The notes under the pieces: model-generated
Told to the model about the DNA's origin: nothing
What the model saw: the letters and a program-made list of their open reading frames with translations, nothing else
The model's database searches: none
Shown: in pieces, positions 1 through 11,219 of the stretch
Layout: every line of letters starts with the position of its first letter
How positions within the stretch are numbered: the first letter of the stretch is position 1
DNA from: Eledone cirrhosa
Lineage: Eukaryota
Length of the DNA stretch: 64,000 bases
Assembly: GCA_964016885.1 (NCBI GenBank)
Contig: OZ024754.1
Coordinates: 26,102,001 to 26,166,000 of the forward strand
Direction: 5' to 3'
Program-made: the position numbers and the translations under genes

Positions 1-88
1 TGACCTGAGGTCATTTAGAAGCATTGCTTGCTTCCAAGTTGAACCCAGGCCACGCGCATTTAAACAGCCTACTCTTAGCATAGCCATG
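1..88 (-). mobile_element. Degenerate tRNA-like SINE head
   Basis: Minus strand CATGGCTATGCTAAG (A-box-like) ... GGGTTCAAC (B-box-like). Confidence 0.45.
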
Positions 89-840
89 TTGGTGGTGAAG
101 AGAAAAGGCACTTACCTCTCTGCGTCCCGGGTATCGGGCTGCACAATTTCCATTAGGGTGGGGGATGGGTTGTTGGGTGGGGTAGTGGTTTGTGGAAGTG
201 TGGGGGCATCAGTGTGTTGTGTGGTTGGGGAGCTTGGAGTTGTGAGGGTGTTTGGGGAGGGGGTGGGATAGTTTTTTAGGAGGACGCGGTTAATGGGCCC
301 GACGCAGGGGGGACCCACGTCCTCTTTAAAATTGTTTTTTAAAGTTTTATAGGTGTCCTGTGGGGCCTTAATCATTTTGAGGTGGGGGAAATCCTCTGCC
401 TGGGTGAAGTTAGGCCCTTGTGTTTTTATTAGATTGTTGTTGTACACAATGTTTAACAGTTTTTTGTTTCTTGTATTTATGTATGTGTATGCATGTTTTT
501 GTTTTTGTGTGGTGTTTTTTGTTTGCTGTTGTTGTGAGCTCTTTTGTGTTGGTGTCAGTGTTATGTTTTGGGGAGGGTTTTTTTTCATTTGTGTGTCTGA
601 GGTGTTTTCTTTTTTTTCTTTTGATTGTGTGGAAGTGCTCCTCCTCGTCTGACGACGAACTAGGGTCATCTTCCGCGTTGGAGGGGAGGGGTATATTTTC
701 GGGTTGTGTTTGCGGTACGGGTGTTTTGGAAATTGTTTTTGATGATATATAGATAGAAAGGGAGAGAGAGAAAAAGAAAGATATCAAGTGACAAAACAAA
801 GAAACATGTGTACATGCAACTCATTAAAGTTTATACTCAC

Positions 841-968
841 TCGCTTATTTGAAGGAAATCAATTTCATGTTTAATGAAATAATTCCTGATTCTAACAAAG
901 TCAAAATAAGATGGGATGAAGATGAGGGTACTGGACATTGTGGGGTTGTGTTGATATTTTGGTAGAAT
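841..968 (-). CDS. UTP25: UTP25/DIEXF exon 18 (ILPKYQHNPTMSSTLIFIPSYFDFVRIRNYFIKHEIDFLQISE); gene continues past the window edge
   Basis: TLIxIPSYFDFVRxRNY motif in ORF 837..1094; AAG acceptor, GTGAGT donor. Confidence 0.95.
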
Positions 969-1429
969 CTTCCAACAAATAATAATAATATAGATAATTT
1001 TATTAATAAGGTAAAACAAAATTTTAGTTGAAACAAACAATATAATTAATAAAATTAGAATTTTACAGTCTGTTAACATATTTAAAGAAGCCATACTTTA
1101 ACATTTAACAACCCACTCCAGCTGATTCTTACCAAAGAATTATCAACTCCAACACTGGTACTTTATTTATTGACCTTGAAAGGATGAAAAGCAAAGTTGA
1201 CCTCAGAGTGCCGTAAGCAGAAACATATACTGGGGCGTAATTAATCTGACCCTTTAATGACTCAGCCAATTCACCACCTTGTCTACATAGTACTAGAATG
1301 GATTTGATCCCTGAAACATTATTTCTTAACTAATGGCAGTTCCATTCTTGTTCACAAAGCTACTGTGACACGTCATTTAGTTAACAAATAAAGTCTGTCT
1401 CATGAGACATTAAGCAACAGATAGTACAA

Positions 1430-1640
1430 TACACTGTATTCCATTGGATAGGACACTAGTCTCTCTCAAGATTAACTCCCCAACTGCTGCTAGTACTTAT
1501 TTTCCAGCTCAGTTGGCTGCAGCAACATGAAATCAAGTACCTTACTCAAGGTACAAAATGTCACCTAATCAGGGGATTGAAATCCAATGACCTTACAATA
1601 GTAAGATCAATGCTCTAACCACTAAGCCACACACCTTCAT
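1430..1640 (-). mobile_element. tRNA-derived SINE, second family
   Basis: Minus strand GAAGGTGTGTGGCTTAGTGGTTAGAGC (A box) ... GATTTCAATCCC; body related to fragments near 15410-15530 and 62680-62790. Confidence 0.7.
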
Positions 1641-1676
1641 ACTGTAAAGAAATCAATCAATAAAATTTATACTCAC

Positions 1677-1748
1677 CTTTTTAATGAAAGTATTAAACCG
1701 AGTATCAACAGACTGACTGTAGCTTGAACTCTCAATACGATGGAATAT
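1677..1748 (-). CDS. UTP25: UTP25/DIEXF exon 17 (IFHRIESSSYSQSVDTRFNTFIKK)
   Basis: DxRFxxF motif; TTTTTTAG acceptor, GTGAGT donor, 72 nt. Confidence 0.92.
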
Positions 1749-1828
1749 CTAAAAAACGTGAAATTAAAACAATTACAATATCTATATATACATATGTGTA
1801 TGTATATGTGTGTGTGTGTGTGTGTATA

Positions 1829-2270
1829 CGGTTGGCCACGAAAGGTTTCTCTCTAAAAATGAAAGGCAGATTGTACGATGCTTGTATACAAACAGCAATG
1901 TTTCATGGCAGTGAGACATGGGCATTGTGTGCAGAGGACCTGCACGGATTGGAAAGGAACGAAGCATGTATGCTCCGTTGAATGTGTAATAGTAATACAC
2001 ATGAATGGTAAACAAACTAGGAATAAGAGGGGTCAGATGCTGTTTACTTGAGAGAAGATTACGTTGGTATGGTCATGTGATGCGCATGAAAGACGACAGC
2101 TGTATAAAAAAAGTGCAGGGCGATCAAAATTGATGGAAGCTACGGTGTAGGTAGACCCAGAAAAACCTGGGACATAAAATCCAACCTTGCACACTTACAC
2201 CTCTCTAAGACAATGTCACTTGATTGAGACTTTTGGCACTACACAGTAATACAGAAGACAAAGTTAAACT
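1829..2270 (+). mobile_element. RTE-clade LINE, decayed 3' fragment
   Basis: ORF 1724..1981 KGRLYDAC...HGSETW...LERNE, followed by LRWYGHVMR-like and GRPRKTW-like codons with stops and frameshifts. Confidence 0.85.
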
Positions 2271-2706
2271 CAGTCAGTAGGCACTTCTTAACCAAATATA
2301 CACCCCAACCCACTACCCCTACTCCATCCTCCCACTCCCACCACCCTTTCTCTGTAAAGTTATGTTGGTAACACAGAACATCCAGTCCACACTAAAGAGG
2401 TCATGTTGGTGTCACAACAAAAAAGCACCCAGTCCACTGTAAAGTGGTCGTGTAGGAAACATGGTAAAAAGCTCCCAGTCCACACTGTAAATGTGGTTGG
2501 TGTTAGGAAGGGCATCCAACTAGAAAAATCTATCTGGCATAGAAAACCTGCCAGATACAGATCTATACAAGCAAGACACAGTCACCCGATCAATCTTGCC
2601 CCAAGTGGGAGAATATCCTGTCTAACCCGTAGAAGATAGACGTTAATATATGTGTGTGTGTATGTATATATATAAAAATATGAGAAAATGGAACAAAGTA
2701 AGTTAC

Positions 2707-2783
2707 CATGGGAATTTGCAGAGCTACTTGGCAGATGGAACCATCAGTATCTCTGGGATATATCATTAGTTTACCGGAATAAT
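2707..2783 (-). CDS. UTP25: UTP25/DIEXF exon 16 (NYSGKLMIYPRDTDGSICQVALQIPM)
   Basis: GSIxxVxxQxP motif in ORF 2590..2928; GTAACT donor. Confidence 0.9.
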
Positions 2784-3519
2784 CTGAGTTGGTTAAGTTA
2801 AAGTAAAATATACTTACAGGATGAAGCAACAGAGAAGGGAAGAAAGAACATGAAAGAATTGTAAACTTAGGAAAGACACTTTCAGAAATAGAAGTTATAC
2901 ACACAAACATACATATACATACACACATACATAAACATACATAAACTTAAGAAAATTAACAAAGAGAGGACAAGACAACAAAAACAGAAAGAAAACAAAA
3001 CTAAAAAAAAATACAAACGAACGACAACTCCAAAGTCATCGGCCATTGAAATGGACTTGGGCAGTTTTGACCCCTACCAATGGTACTGCTGGTCCATTCA
3101 GGGTGACAACGTCTGACATAAGCCAAACGCTGACCAGTGGAGTAAGAGACGAGAGACAAAACATTAATTTATAGCAATTAAACTACAAAACACAGCAATA
3201 AATGGGAAAAGATAAACACGTTCATAGATAAACTGAAGAAAATTAACAAAGAGAGGACAAGACAATTAACAGAAACAAAACAAAATAGAAACCTTAACAA
3301 ATTATTTAAAAAAAAAAAATACAAACAAAGAAAGAGAGAGATACATACAGATAGAAAACACATTTTAGAATATTTAGAACCGCCCCTCCATTTTTCACCT
3401 TACAATTTGTGTTCCATGAAATCTCAATGGAAATCTTAAAACATTTTTTTGAGACTAGTGTTTATGTGACAGACAAACATTTCCAGTACAATTATTATAG
3501 ATATTCAATAAAAGGATAC
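2784..3519 (-). other. U12-type (minor spliceosome) GT-AG intron, UTP25 intron 15, 736 nt
   Basis: 5' site GTATCCTTTT matches the U12 consensus RTATCCTT; CTTAAC branch site at 2797-2792 close to the CAG with no polypyrimidine tract; splicing gives in-frame FNKYCF-N-YSGKL. Confidence 0.88.
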
Positions 3520-3602
3520 TGAAACAGTATTTATTAAAGAGTAGATTGATCTGTGGCGAACTGAGACTGCTTAAAATTAATGTTTGTCGGTAATATTTGT
3601 TC
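3520..3602 (-). CDS. UTP25: UTP25/DIEXF exon 15 ([28 protein letters not shown])
   Basis: KYYRQTL motif; TTTTTCAG acceptor; followed by U12-type donor GTATCCTTTT. Confidence 0.93.
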
Positions 3603-3711
3603 CTGAAAAAAATAAAACAAATGCGTAAATCAAAGACAAGAAAGATATTTTTTTTTCAATTCCAAACAATGTTTATTTTCTGCAAGACTATAATATTCCA
3701 TTTTTTGTTTT

Positions 3712-3910
3712 TTAACCCTTTAGCATTTAAACCAGCCATATCCTACCAGATTTTTCTCACCTTTCTGATCAAACCAGCCCTAACTGGCCACTCACACCAA
3801 TGATAAGGTATTGTTCTCAACATCAAAATCTCATAGCTTTGATATTATGTGAGATAAAGCCTTTACCACAAAAATACAATAGTATATATAATGTAAATGG
3901 TAATGGGTTA
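3712..3910 (-). mobile_element. piggyBac-like MITE family A (TTAA ends, TIR CCCTTTAGCATTTA)
   Basis: Reverse-oriented relative of 8153-8367. Confidence 0.8.
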
Positions 3911-4208
3911 TGGTGGCAGTGTAAAGTGGTTAGCAATCAAATGGAAACCATATAAGGTAGAGAGGACTCTTCAGTCTTGTTGAATATATGACAGCCTCTT
4001 TTGTGATGGTGCCACGTTAAAATGGACCCAATACACTTTGGTAGACCCAGTACTCGCTGTAAAGTGGTAGGACTGGATTAATGGTACACCCAGTACACTC
4101 TGTAAAGTGGTAGTACTAGTTCAGAGGTAGATCCAGTATACTCTGTATATTGTAGGTTTTGTTGAGTTTAATAAAAATCATACAAAAAGAGTGAAATCTA
4201 AAACTTAC

Positions 4209-4294
4209 CAACTGTTTAGAGCCCAAGCTCTTACTCGAGAGAAATCACAGCCATGGGGATCTTTTGGTTGTAGATGCAGATGATCCATAATATA
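4209..4294 (-). CDS. UTP25: UTP25/DIEXF exon 14 ([28 protein letters not shown])
   Basis: HGxDFSRVRxW motif; GACAG acceptor, GTAAGT donor. Confidence 0.95.
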
Positions 4295-4711
4295 CTGTCA
4301 ATTAGAAATATAAAATACTGCTTCAAAAAGGACCGCATAATGAGGATGAAGCTAGTCATAGCACCAACATGGCTAAACCCCGCTTTAGCAAAGAAATTAA
4401 CCTAAAAACACTTGTTGCATAAAGGTTAATTAATTCAGCAGGCGGAGGAACTCATCGAATAGTGTGTACTTATGTATATATCGTGTGGGTGTGTAAGTAA
4501 GTATATGTTAATTTAAGAGTGCGCAGAGCTGTAGTAGATTTCACTGGTTGGCATTGGATGGTCTTTTGTGGCGTTCCTGTGTCCCAGTGTTCGTTCAACA
4601 TACCACTCAGCAAATTGATGACACGCAATATATGCTCATTCAAGCTGAGCACCTAGCCTCTTTCAGTTTGGAGACCGACGTGGTGAAATACCACATTCTA
4701 TGTAAAGTCCC

Positions 4712-4813
4712 ACTGATATGGCTATCATAGGATAATCTAGCAGAACAGCTCAAATCTAGAGTCTCTGATATGGCTATCATGGGACAATCTAGCAGAACAG
4801 GTCAGATCTAGAG
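4712..4813 (+). repeat. Tandem duplication of about 52 bp
   Basis: CTGATATGGCTATCATRGGAYAATCTAGCAGAACAG..CA.ATCTAGAG occurs twice. Confidence 0.85.
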
Positions 4814-5100
4814 GAGTTAACGTTGATAAAAATCCTGCTTGTCTCACAGTAAGCAGTAGCTCATGCAATGATCATCAGTTTAATTAGATAGCCTCGGTGT
4901 CATGAACATCAGTGGCTTCACAGATGATTGACTTAATTCAACAATAGGTTGACACAATGGCTCCAGTTAATGGAGAAATCTATGAGTATGCAGGTGTGCC
5001 GAACCACATATATTCTAGCCATTAGAAAAAGCAAAATGAATGTTTCACCTTTGATGGAGGGATAACTCAAGATGAAGAAGAATTCAACAGGAAAACTTAC

Positions 5101-5197
5101 CATTAAATGTTCCCAGTTTTGCATAAGGAATATATCTGTTTGGTCAAGGATCAATATTTCAATGGATGATAGAAAATCATATTCTTTTTTGGATTGA
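5101..5197 (-). CDS. UTP25: UTP25/DIEXF exon 13 ([27 protein letters not shown])
   Basis: DFLSSIE...MQNWEH motif in ORF 4933..5319; CATAG acceptor, GTAAGT donor. Confidence 0.96.
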
Positions 5198-5940
5198 CTA
5201 TGAAGAATGAAACATTGATAAAAAAAAAACCTGAATGAAAAAAATTTGGGTAATAAAAAATGAAATCCGATTCTAAATGTAAAAGTTTGAAGGAGAGAAG
5301 CATGTAGTTTTGAGTTCAAACCCAGACAGCAACATCATGGGAGTGTCACCAACTTTAACCCTGGGTTGACCAATGCCTTCTGAGTGGAATATGGTAAACA
5401 ACTGTGCAAAAGCAGTTGTGTGTGGGTGTGCAGGCATATATATCATCATCATCGCTTTTTACGTCCATTTCTCCACGCTTGGGTTGAACAGGTCTTTAGT
5501 ATAACATCTCACCACGTTTCTGTTTATTGACAGCTCTTCTGTACATGGCTTGCACAGCTCTCACAAGCCATTCTTCTACACTTAATTTTCTTAAGGACCA
5601 CCAGAACATTACAGGTAGAGAAACTCAGAGTATCTATACCAGACAAGAAAGGTCACTGATATATAATTGGGTGCCTAAAATATTGCAGGCCAGTTAGGCA
5701 GTAAAATGATCTGACTATGACAAATATTAACGTTTTTTCTTCAACTTTTAACATCCTATACAACACTAAACCGCATTACAACAAATAGTCTTTACCCTAA
5801 TATTGTAAATTTCCACAATAATCTGTCCACTAGTAAAGATACTAGATTGATAAATCTATTTTAGATATTTTCTACTGAAACATTATGTGATGTTAATTAA
5901 TAAAAATGATAGAGATTATGAAAATGGTCAAAATACATAC

Positions 5941-6094
5941 GTTTCACCGATAACACTACGCAAGCCAAGAGGAGAACTTATGATGATGTCAGAGGAGTAA
6001 AATTTGGTATAAATTTGAAGTTTTTTATGAGATATTCCCAAACCAATTTTGAAATGGTCATCAATATTACCAGCAAATGTTGCAGAATAATCTT
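5941..6094 (-). CDS. UTP25: UTP25/DIEXF exon 12 ([20 protein letters not shown]...[15 protein letters not shown])
   Basis: GNIDDHFxIG and FYSSDIxxxSPLGLR motifs in ORF 5928..6176; canonical splice sites. Confidence 0.96.
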
Positions 6095-6179
6095 CTGAAA
6101 AACACAAATACACATATATATATAATAGTACAGAAATATATATAAACACACTTTTTGTATATATGCTTATATACAAAAA

Positions 6180-6475
6180 AATACAATCGCGAATACAAGC
6201 TGATGAAATGGGGTTCCACCAAAGGGTCTTTGGAGTGACGTTACTTGATAGAGTGTGTCGCTTGGGGATCAGAGATTCACTCCAGGTAGAGCCACTACTT
6301 CTCCGAATTGAGAGATCACAGCTCCAATATTACAAGATGTGGTTAGAACGTCTCAGAGAAGAATCGCTGGACAGATCTTACAGGCAAAACCAACCGGCAG
6401 GAAACCCAGAGGTAGATCCTGAGCAAGATGGTTGGATAACATCCACGAACTTGGCTGGTCTCGTTTGGGGATCAC
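6180..6475 (+). mobile_element. RTE-like LINE 3' fragment, second family
   Basis: [19 protein letters not shown]...[19 protein letters not shown]; related copies elsewhere in the window. Confidence 0.8.
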
Positions 6476-6540
6476 CCTTCAATTATGACCCACTTTATGA
6501 CATCTATGGTCGTGACTATGATTATTTCCTCAGCCACTAT

Positions 6541-6543
<3 letters not shown>

Positions 6544-6594
<51 letters not shown>
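6544..6594. repeat. (AG)n microsatellite
   Basis: About 25 perfect AG units. Confidence 0.98.
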
Positions 6595-6596
<2 letters not shown>

Positions 6597-6666
6597 AAAT
6601 AGAAGCCAACTACCATTCCATACCAGCAGAAGAATCAATAATGGTGGAAGAGACTACCACACTAAC

Positions 6667-6742
6667 CTGGCTTATTGGTAAATTTACTAGTTTCTCCTGA
6701 AGAATATTCAGAAAAGAATCTCTTTTTATTGTCTGTTTGGGA
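6667..6742 (-). CDS. UTP25: UTP25/DIEXF exon 11 (SQTDNKKRFFSEYSSGETSKFTNKP)
   Basis: NKKRFxxEY motif; TTTTCAG acceptor, GTTAGT donor. Confidence 0.92.
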
Positions 6743-7201
6743 CTGAAAAGAAAAAAAAAACATTGTTTTAACCCTTTTGTTAGCATTATTTCTAATGAAA
6801 GACACTGCTTATCATTTTAAAATATATATATATCATCATCATCATTTTACATCTGCTTTTCCCTGCTTATCCAGTGTAGTTTAGATATGTTTAAAGATAG
6901 ATTGTAATTTCAAAATCCTGTCCAGAATTGTCTCAACGCGGATGACCCGTCTGACCCATGCAAGCATAGAAAAAAGGACGTTAAATGATGACGAAGTAAC
7001 AGAAAGATAAAAGTTTTCCCATGAACAAGATTTGAAACAGTAAATTGTAGTGAGGAAAATACGTTTATCACCATCAGTATTTTCTTTATATCTGTTTTTT
7101 CCATGTTGGCACTGGTTGGATGAGAGTCTTTGAGGCAGAATTCTATAACTGAACATCTTTCCTGACACCAAGAAAAGTAAATTATGATCCCATATTCTGA
7201 C

Positions 7202-7384
7202 TTAACCTTTTAGCATTTACATTACTCTATATTTACTGTTATATTTTAATGGTAAAGTCTTTATCTCACATAATATTGAAGCTATAAGATTTTGATATTA
7301 TTTATTTTGAGAACAATACCTTAACATTGGTATGAGCATCTGGTTACACCAGAAATAGGTGAGAGAATTTGGCCGGTTTAAATG
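7202..7384 (+). mobile_element. piggyBac-like MITE family A, right end truncated
   Basis: TTAACCTTTTAGCATTTACATTACTC start; ends within 10 bp of exon 10. Confidence 0.8.
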
Positions 7385-7392
7385 AAACATAC

Positions 7393-7570
7393 CTTATCAC
7401 TTGCTAAAATTTTAATGAAGTTGGATACAATTCTTCGTGCTGTCTCACGGAATGGAACAATAATTAATACTTTGGGTCGAGTTATTCCTTGATCAGGGAA
7501 TTCTTCTGTTGTACCTCGAAGCTCTGCAACCTTTTGTTTTGAATTATTAGAGGTTACTTTCAGTCGACTC
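7393..7570 (-). CDS. UTP25: UTP25/DIEXF exon 10 (includes DQGITRPKVLIIVPFR)
   Basis: Hallmark DQGxTRPKVLIxxPFR motif in ORF 7378..7620; TATAG acceptor, GTATGT donor. Confidence 0.96.
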
Positions 7571-7875
7571 CTATAAGGACAAGAAATAATAACAATAATA
7601 ATAGTATCTGATTTAGGCACAAGGCCAACAATTTTGAGGGAAGAGGAAAGTCAATCAAATTGACCCCAGAGCATGACTGGTACTTTATTTTGCCCTGAAT
7701 GGTAGAAGGTAAAGTCAACCTCTAGAGGATTTCGTCAGACATTCTAATGATTTTGCCATAAACGGACGGATGTACGTATGTATAAATAAATAAATAAATA
7801 TAAAATTTCTAACATTGGATGTAATAAATGAAACATTTTCGTTTATATTTTGAGATTCCAAAATGAAAAACTTAC

Positions 7876-7961
7876 TTCAAAGTATGGTTTAATACATGAA
7901 GACAATAGGCCATTTCAATAGGTTCTTGGTTTTTATAATTCTTCTCAGAGTAATAAATATC
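7876..7961 (-). CDS. UTP25: UTP25/DIEXF exon 9 (DIYYSEKNYKNQEPIEMAYCLHVLNHTL)
   Basis: CATAG acceptor, GTAAGT donor; YCLHVLNH is a Utp25 family motif. Confidence 0.93.
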
Positions 7962-8152
7962 CTATGAAAGAGAAATTAAAGAAACTGGTAATGTCAGGCT
8001 CTTTAACAGAACTTTTCCAAAGCAGAACATCAAATATAAACAATGTACTGGCATGCTGTCATGTCCAGTCAACGCAATCACCATTCAATATCAGTGACAA
8101 TGATGATAGTCTTAATCTTAGGCCCTCCTGTGCACACCATCTTGGATTCCCC

Positions 8153-8367
8153 TTAACCCTTTCGCATTCACATTACTCTATATATACTACAGTATTTTCA
8201 TATAAAAGGCTTTACCTCACATAATATCGAATCTATGAGATTTTAATACTAGTTATTTTGAGAACAATACATTAATATAAGTATGAGTGGCAGGTTACAG
8301 CTGGTTTGAAAAGAAGAGGTGAGAGAATTCTGGCTGGATACGGCTGGTTTAAATGCTAAAAGGTTAA
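8153..8367 (+). mobile_element. piggyBac-like MITE family A, full length (about 215 bp)
   Basis: TTAA-CCCTTTCGCATT ... AATGCTAAAAGG-TTAA terminal inverted repeats. Confidence 0.85.
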
Positions 8368-8628
8368 TCTTGGATCCTCTTATACACACAATCTTGGATT
8401 TCCCTTAAGCCCAGCTTCTCTCTCACATTTACATTGCACATCCCTGTATACATATTTCAACAGGTAATCAAAGTATGTATACATTTTGGGGGGATACTCT
8501 GAACATACATACGTATGTATGTATAATCAGAGTTGATGAAATGATAATCTGCCAGTAAGTTAACATATTTGATGTTGCGTCATATTACAGGTAAGAAAAC
8601 AAACAAACGAGAACTATAGAAAACTTAC

Positions 8629-8681
8629 CTGATATGAATAGATTCTAAAAAATAATTCAACTTGACTTTTGGAATAGACAC
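8629..8681 (-). CDS. UTP25: UTP25/DIEXF exon 8 (GVYSKSQVELFFRIYSYQ)
   Basis: CCAG acceptor, GTAAGT donor; resembles the DEF QxELFxxxxSY motif. Confidence 0.88.
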
Positions 8682-9344
8682 CTGGTGTAGAAATTGAAAC
8701 AAATATAACAAAAAAAAGTAAAAATAAATAAAGATTTGTGAAGATTTTCAGTTATGCTGGTTTGTCTTTAGACTGTGACCATGCTGGGGCACTGCCTTAA
8801 AGGGACTAGTGTTAATATCTACCTCAGTACTTATTTTTGTCAAACTGCTAAGTTACAGGGATATAAAGAAATAGTTTTTGTAAACACACACACACAAACT
8901 TATGAAACTGAAAAAGACAGGCTAATTGTTTGTTTTTTTAACTTGGTATCATTCTGACACTTTTCTTATTTAATTCTTATTCCTTTTTTCTTTTACTCTA
9001 GTTCAATAAAGTTTTTCATCCGAAACATCAAATCATTTCTTTTTCTTTTCGTTTAATGTAGATATTTCAATTGTATGCATTATTTACATTTTGTATATAA
9101 CCTTTTCTTTTTTTTACCTTTTTGTTTTTACTTTGTTTAACCTTACATATCCGATTGTCCCTTTCTATTTCTCGTTTTTCATATTTCTTTTGATGTATTT
9201 TTGTTGTTTTTATCTACCTTCTCTCTCTCCCTAAATATATATATATATAAATCAGGATAAAACCAGTTTGAAAATTTTTTAGACTATTACTCAACAGAGT
9301 ACTCGATACTTGGGTATAGAGTATGGCTATGACAGGATGTCACA

Positions 9345-9466
9345 CAGCTTCTGTCTACTATATTTTATTACGATGCTATAGACACTTGCCTCAGGTGTGT
9401 TGGAGTGTGTCCGATCTCACAACCACATAGTTGTGAAGTGAATTCCTTAAACACACAACCATGCCT
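9345..9466 (-). mobile_element. Dispersed tRNA-derived SINE copy, same family as the satellite monomer
   Basis: Minus strand GGCATGGTTGTGTGTTTAAGGAATTCACTTCACAAC matches the minor monomer at 33/36 positions, then continues into the SINE body. Confidence 0.85.
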
Positions 9467-9498
9467 ATGGTACAGTACCCTGATAGAGAGAGACTTAC

Positions 9499-9556
9499 CT
9501 TCTTTATCATTAGTAATTAGGTCATGTAGCTTTTCGACATGGATGCGCTGCTTTAT
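9499..9556 (-). CDS. UTP25: UTP25/DIEXF exon 7 (IKQRIHVEKLHDLITNDKE)
   Basis: TTTCAG acceptor, GTAAGT donor, 58 nt; needed to put exon 8 in the homologous frame. Confidence 0.82.
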
Positions 9557-9703
9557 CTGAAATGACATAAATACACCATGTAAGTATTACAATTAAATAA
9601 ACAACCAGTTGTTTTCTAGATGTGACCAATGCTATATAGTAGATCTTATATTTCATATACTGTAATATAATAGTGCAGGTGCAACGAAAAGAAACATCCT
9701 GTC

Positions 9704-9930
9704 TACCCATTAACATTTACATTACTCTATATATACTATTGTATTTTTGTGTTAAATACTTTATCTTACATAACTCTCTCACATGATATTGAATCTATGA
9801 GATTTTGATATAATATATATTGAGAACAATACTTTAACGTAAGTATGAGCAACCAGTTATGGCTGGTTTGAACAGAAAGAGGTGAGAGAATTCTAGCCGG
9901 ATATGGCTGGTTTAAATGCTAAAGGGTTAA
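9704..9930 (+). mobile_element. piggyBac-like MITE family A
   Basis: Ends TAAATGCTAAAGGGTTAA; internal sequence colinear with the other copies. Confidence 0.82.
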
Positions 9931-10473
9931 GGCAGTAGTGTTGGTGTCATGGTAAAAAACAAAACACCATATAAGGTGGTCATACCCATGATATGACAAA
10001 GTGGAGGCCCAGGTCTCTGTGTAAGGTAGTAGTGCTGGTTCTATGGAAAAAAGCTCCCAGTTCACACTGTATGGTGGTTGGCATTAGGATGGGCATCCAG
10101 CCACAGAAAACCAAGCCAAAAAAACAGAGCATATGAGCAGCTTATCTAATTCATGCAAGCCTGGATGCTAAACAGTGATGACGATGATGATGACCATCAT
10201 AACAACCTCTCCAGTGCTAGAGCAACAATAAATTTCAATGACTTCACTCTGTAAAGTGAAGGAATGTATGTAAGTAAGATGTAGGCCATTGGCCAGTCTA
10301 CACAGACAGTGGCTCTCATTAAGTGCTAACTTGTTCTGTGATAACTCGTCCAACCAATGTGAACATGGAAAAGTAGATGTTAAAGGATGATGATGATAAT
10401 AAGTAGTATTAATTTGCAGTCAAATTACATAAACAACAACAATTACTACATTATTATGAGTAAATAGTATTAA

Positions 10474-10694
10474 TTTACCCCTTTAATGATCACATCTCTA
10501 ATGAAATACACTCTATTTCAATTAATTAATGAAAAACTTTGAAGAATTTACTAAAATTATTAATTATTTCATTATGAAGATAGTATATAAAATTATGTTG
10601 GAAAATTTTAATTCAAATTAAAACCCTTTAAAATGAGTGGATTTATTTCATAGAACCAGAGCTGGTTTTGTCTGGGTTGTTAACTAAAGGGTTA
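10474..10694 (+). mobile_element. piggyBac-like MITE family B; related pieces near 6768-6820, 57607-57890, 58930-59050
   Basis: TTTACCCCTTT ... AAAGGGTTAA termini; AT-rich interior distinct from family A. Confidence 0.6.
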
Positions 10695-10878
10695 AAGTTG
10701 AATTCCATGCTAGCATGGAAGATGGATGTTAAATGATGATGATGAATAACAAAAACTAATCAACATGATTATCCTTTTACCATACCTATAAATAATGTTA
10801 ACTTATAGTTGAATTACATATTTACAACAACAATAACTGCATTATCTTTAAGAACAGAAATAAATAATAAGAACTTAC

Positions 10879-10971
10879 ATGTAGATCGTCAAATGAAATA
10901 TTGGAAGTTTTGGGAATACCACACTTTAAATCGTCATCAATCCAAAAATGTAAAGATTTGCCGACATCTGT
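10879..10971 (-). CDS. UTP25: UTP25/DIEXF exon 6 (TDVGKSLHFWIDDDLKCGIPKTSNISFDDLH)
   Basis: TTTCAG acceptor, GTAAGT donor, 93 nt phase 0 to 0, lies in ORF 10822..11058. Confidence 0.8.
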
Positions 10972-11219
10972 CTGAAATGGTAAAGAAACAATCAACACTG
11001 AAGCCAAGATACGAAAACAATTACATCTTCTTTGCCCACTTATTCCTGAGAGTGTCATGGGGCTGAATCCTCAAACATACCTTCCTGTCAGAAGCAACCA
11101 TCGTCAACTGATCCAGCTGGATCCTCAAGCTCATGGATGTTATCAAAGTAGATAAATTCTTTAGCGGTGTACAGCAGTTTGTTTAACCCTTTAGCATTTA
11201 CATTACTTTATATATACTA

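Noticed and set aside
4440-5050. Possible solo LTR or Penelope relic
   Set aside because: No termini, target-site duplication or coding similarity that I could support; only the 52-bp duplication is reported.
6163-6681. 172-aa ORF with an ER repeat
   Set aside because: Chance fusion of an RTE fragment and an (AG)n microsatellite.
10786-10850. Extra UTP25 exon ending at TAG|GTATG near 10786
   Set aside because: No convincing acceptor or homology; exons 6 and 7 already join in frame (FDDLH-IKQR).
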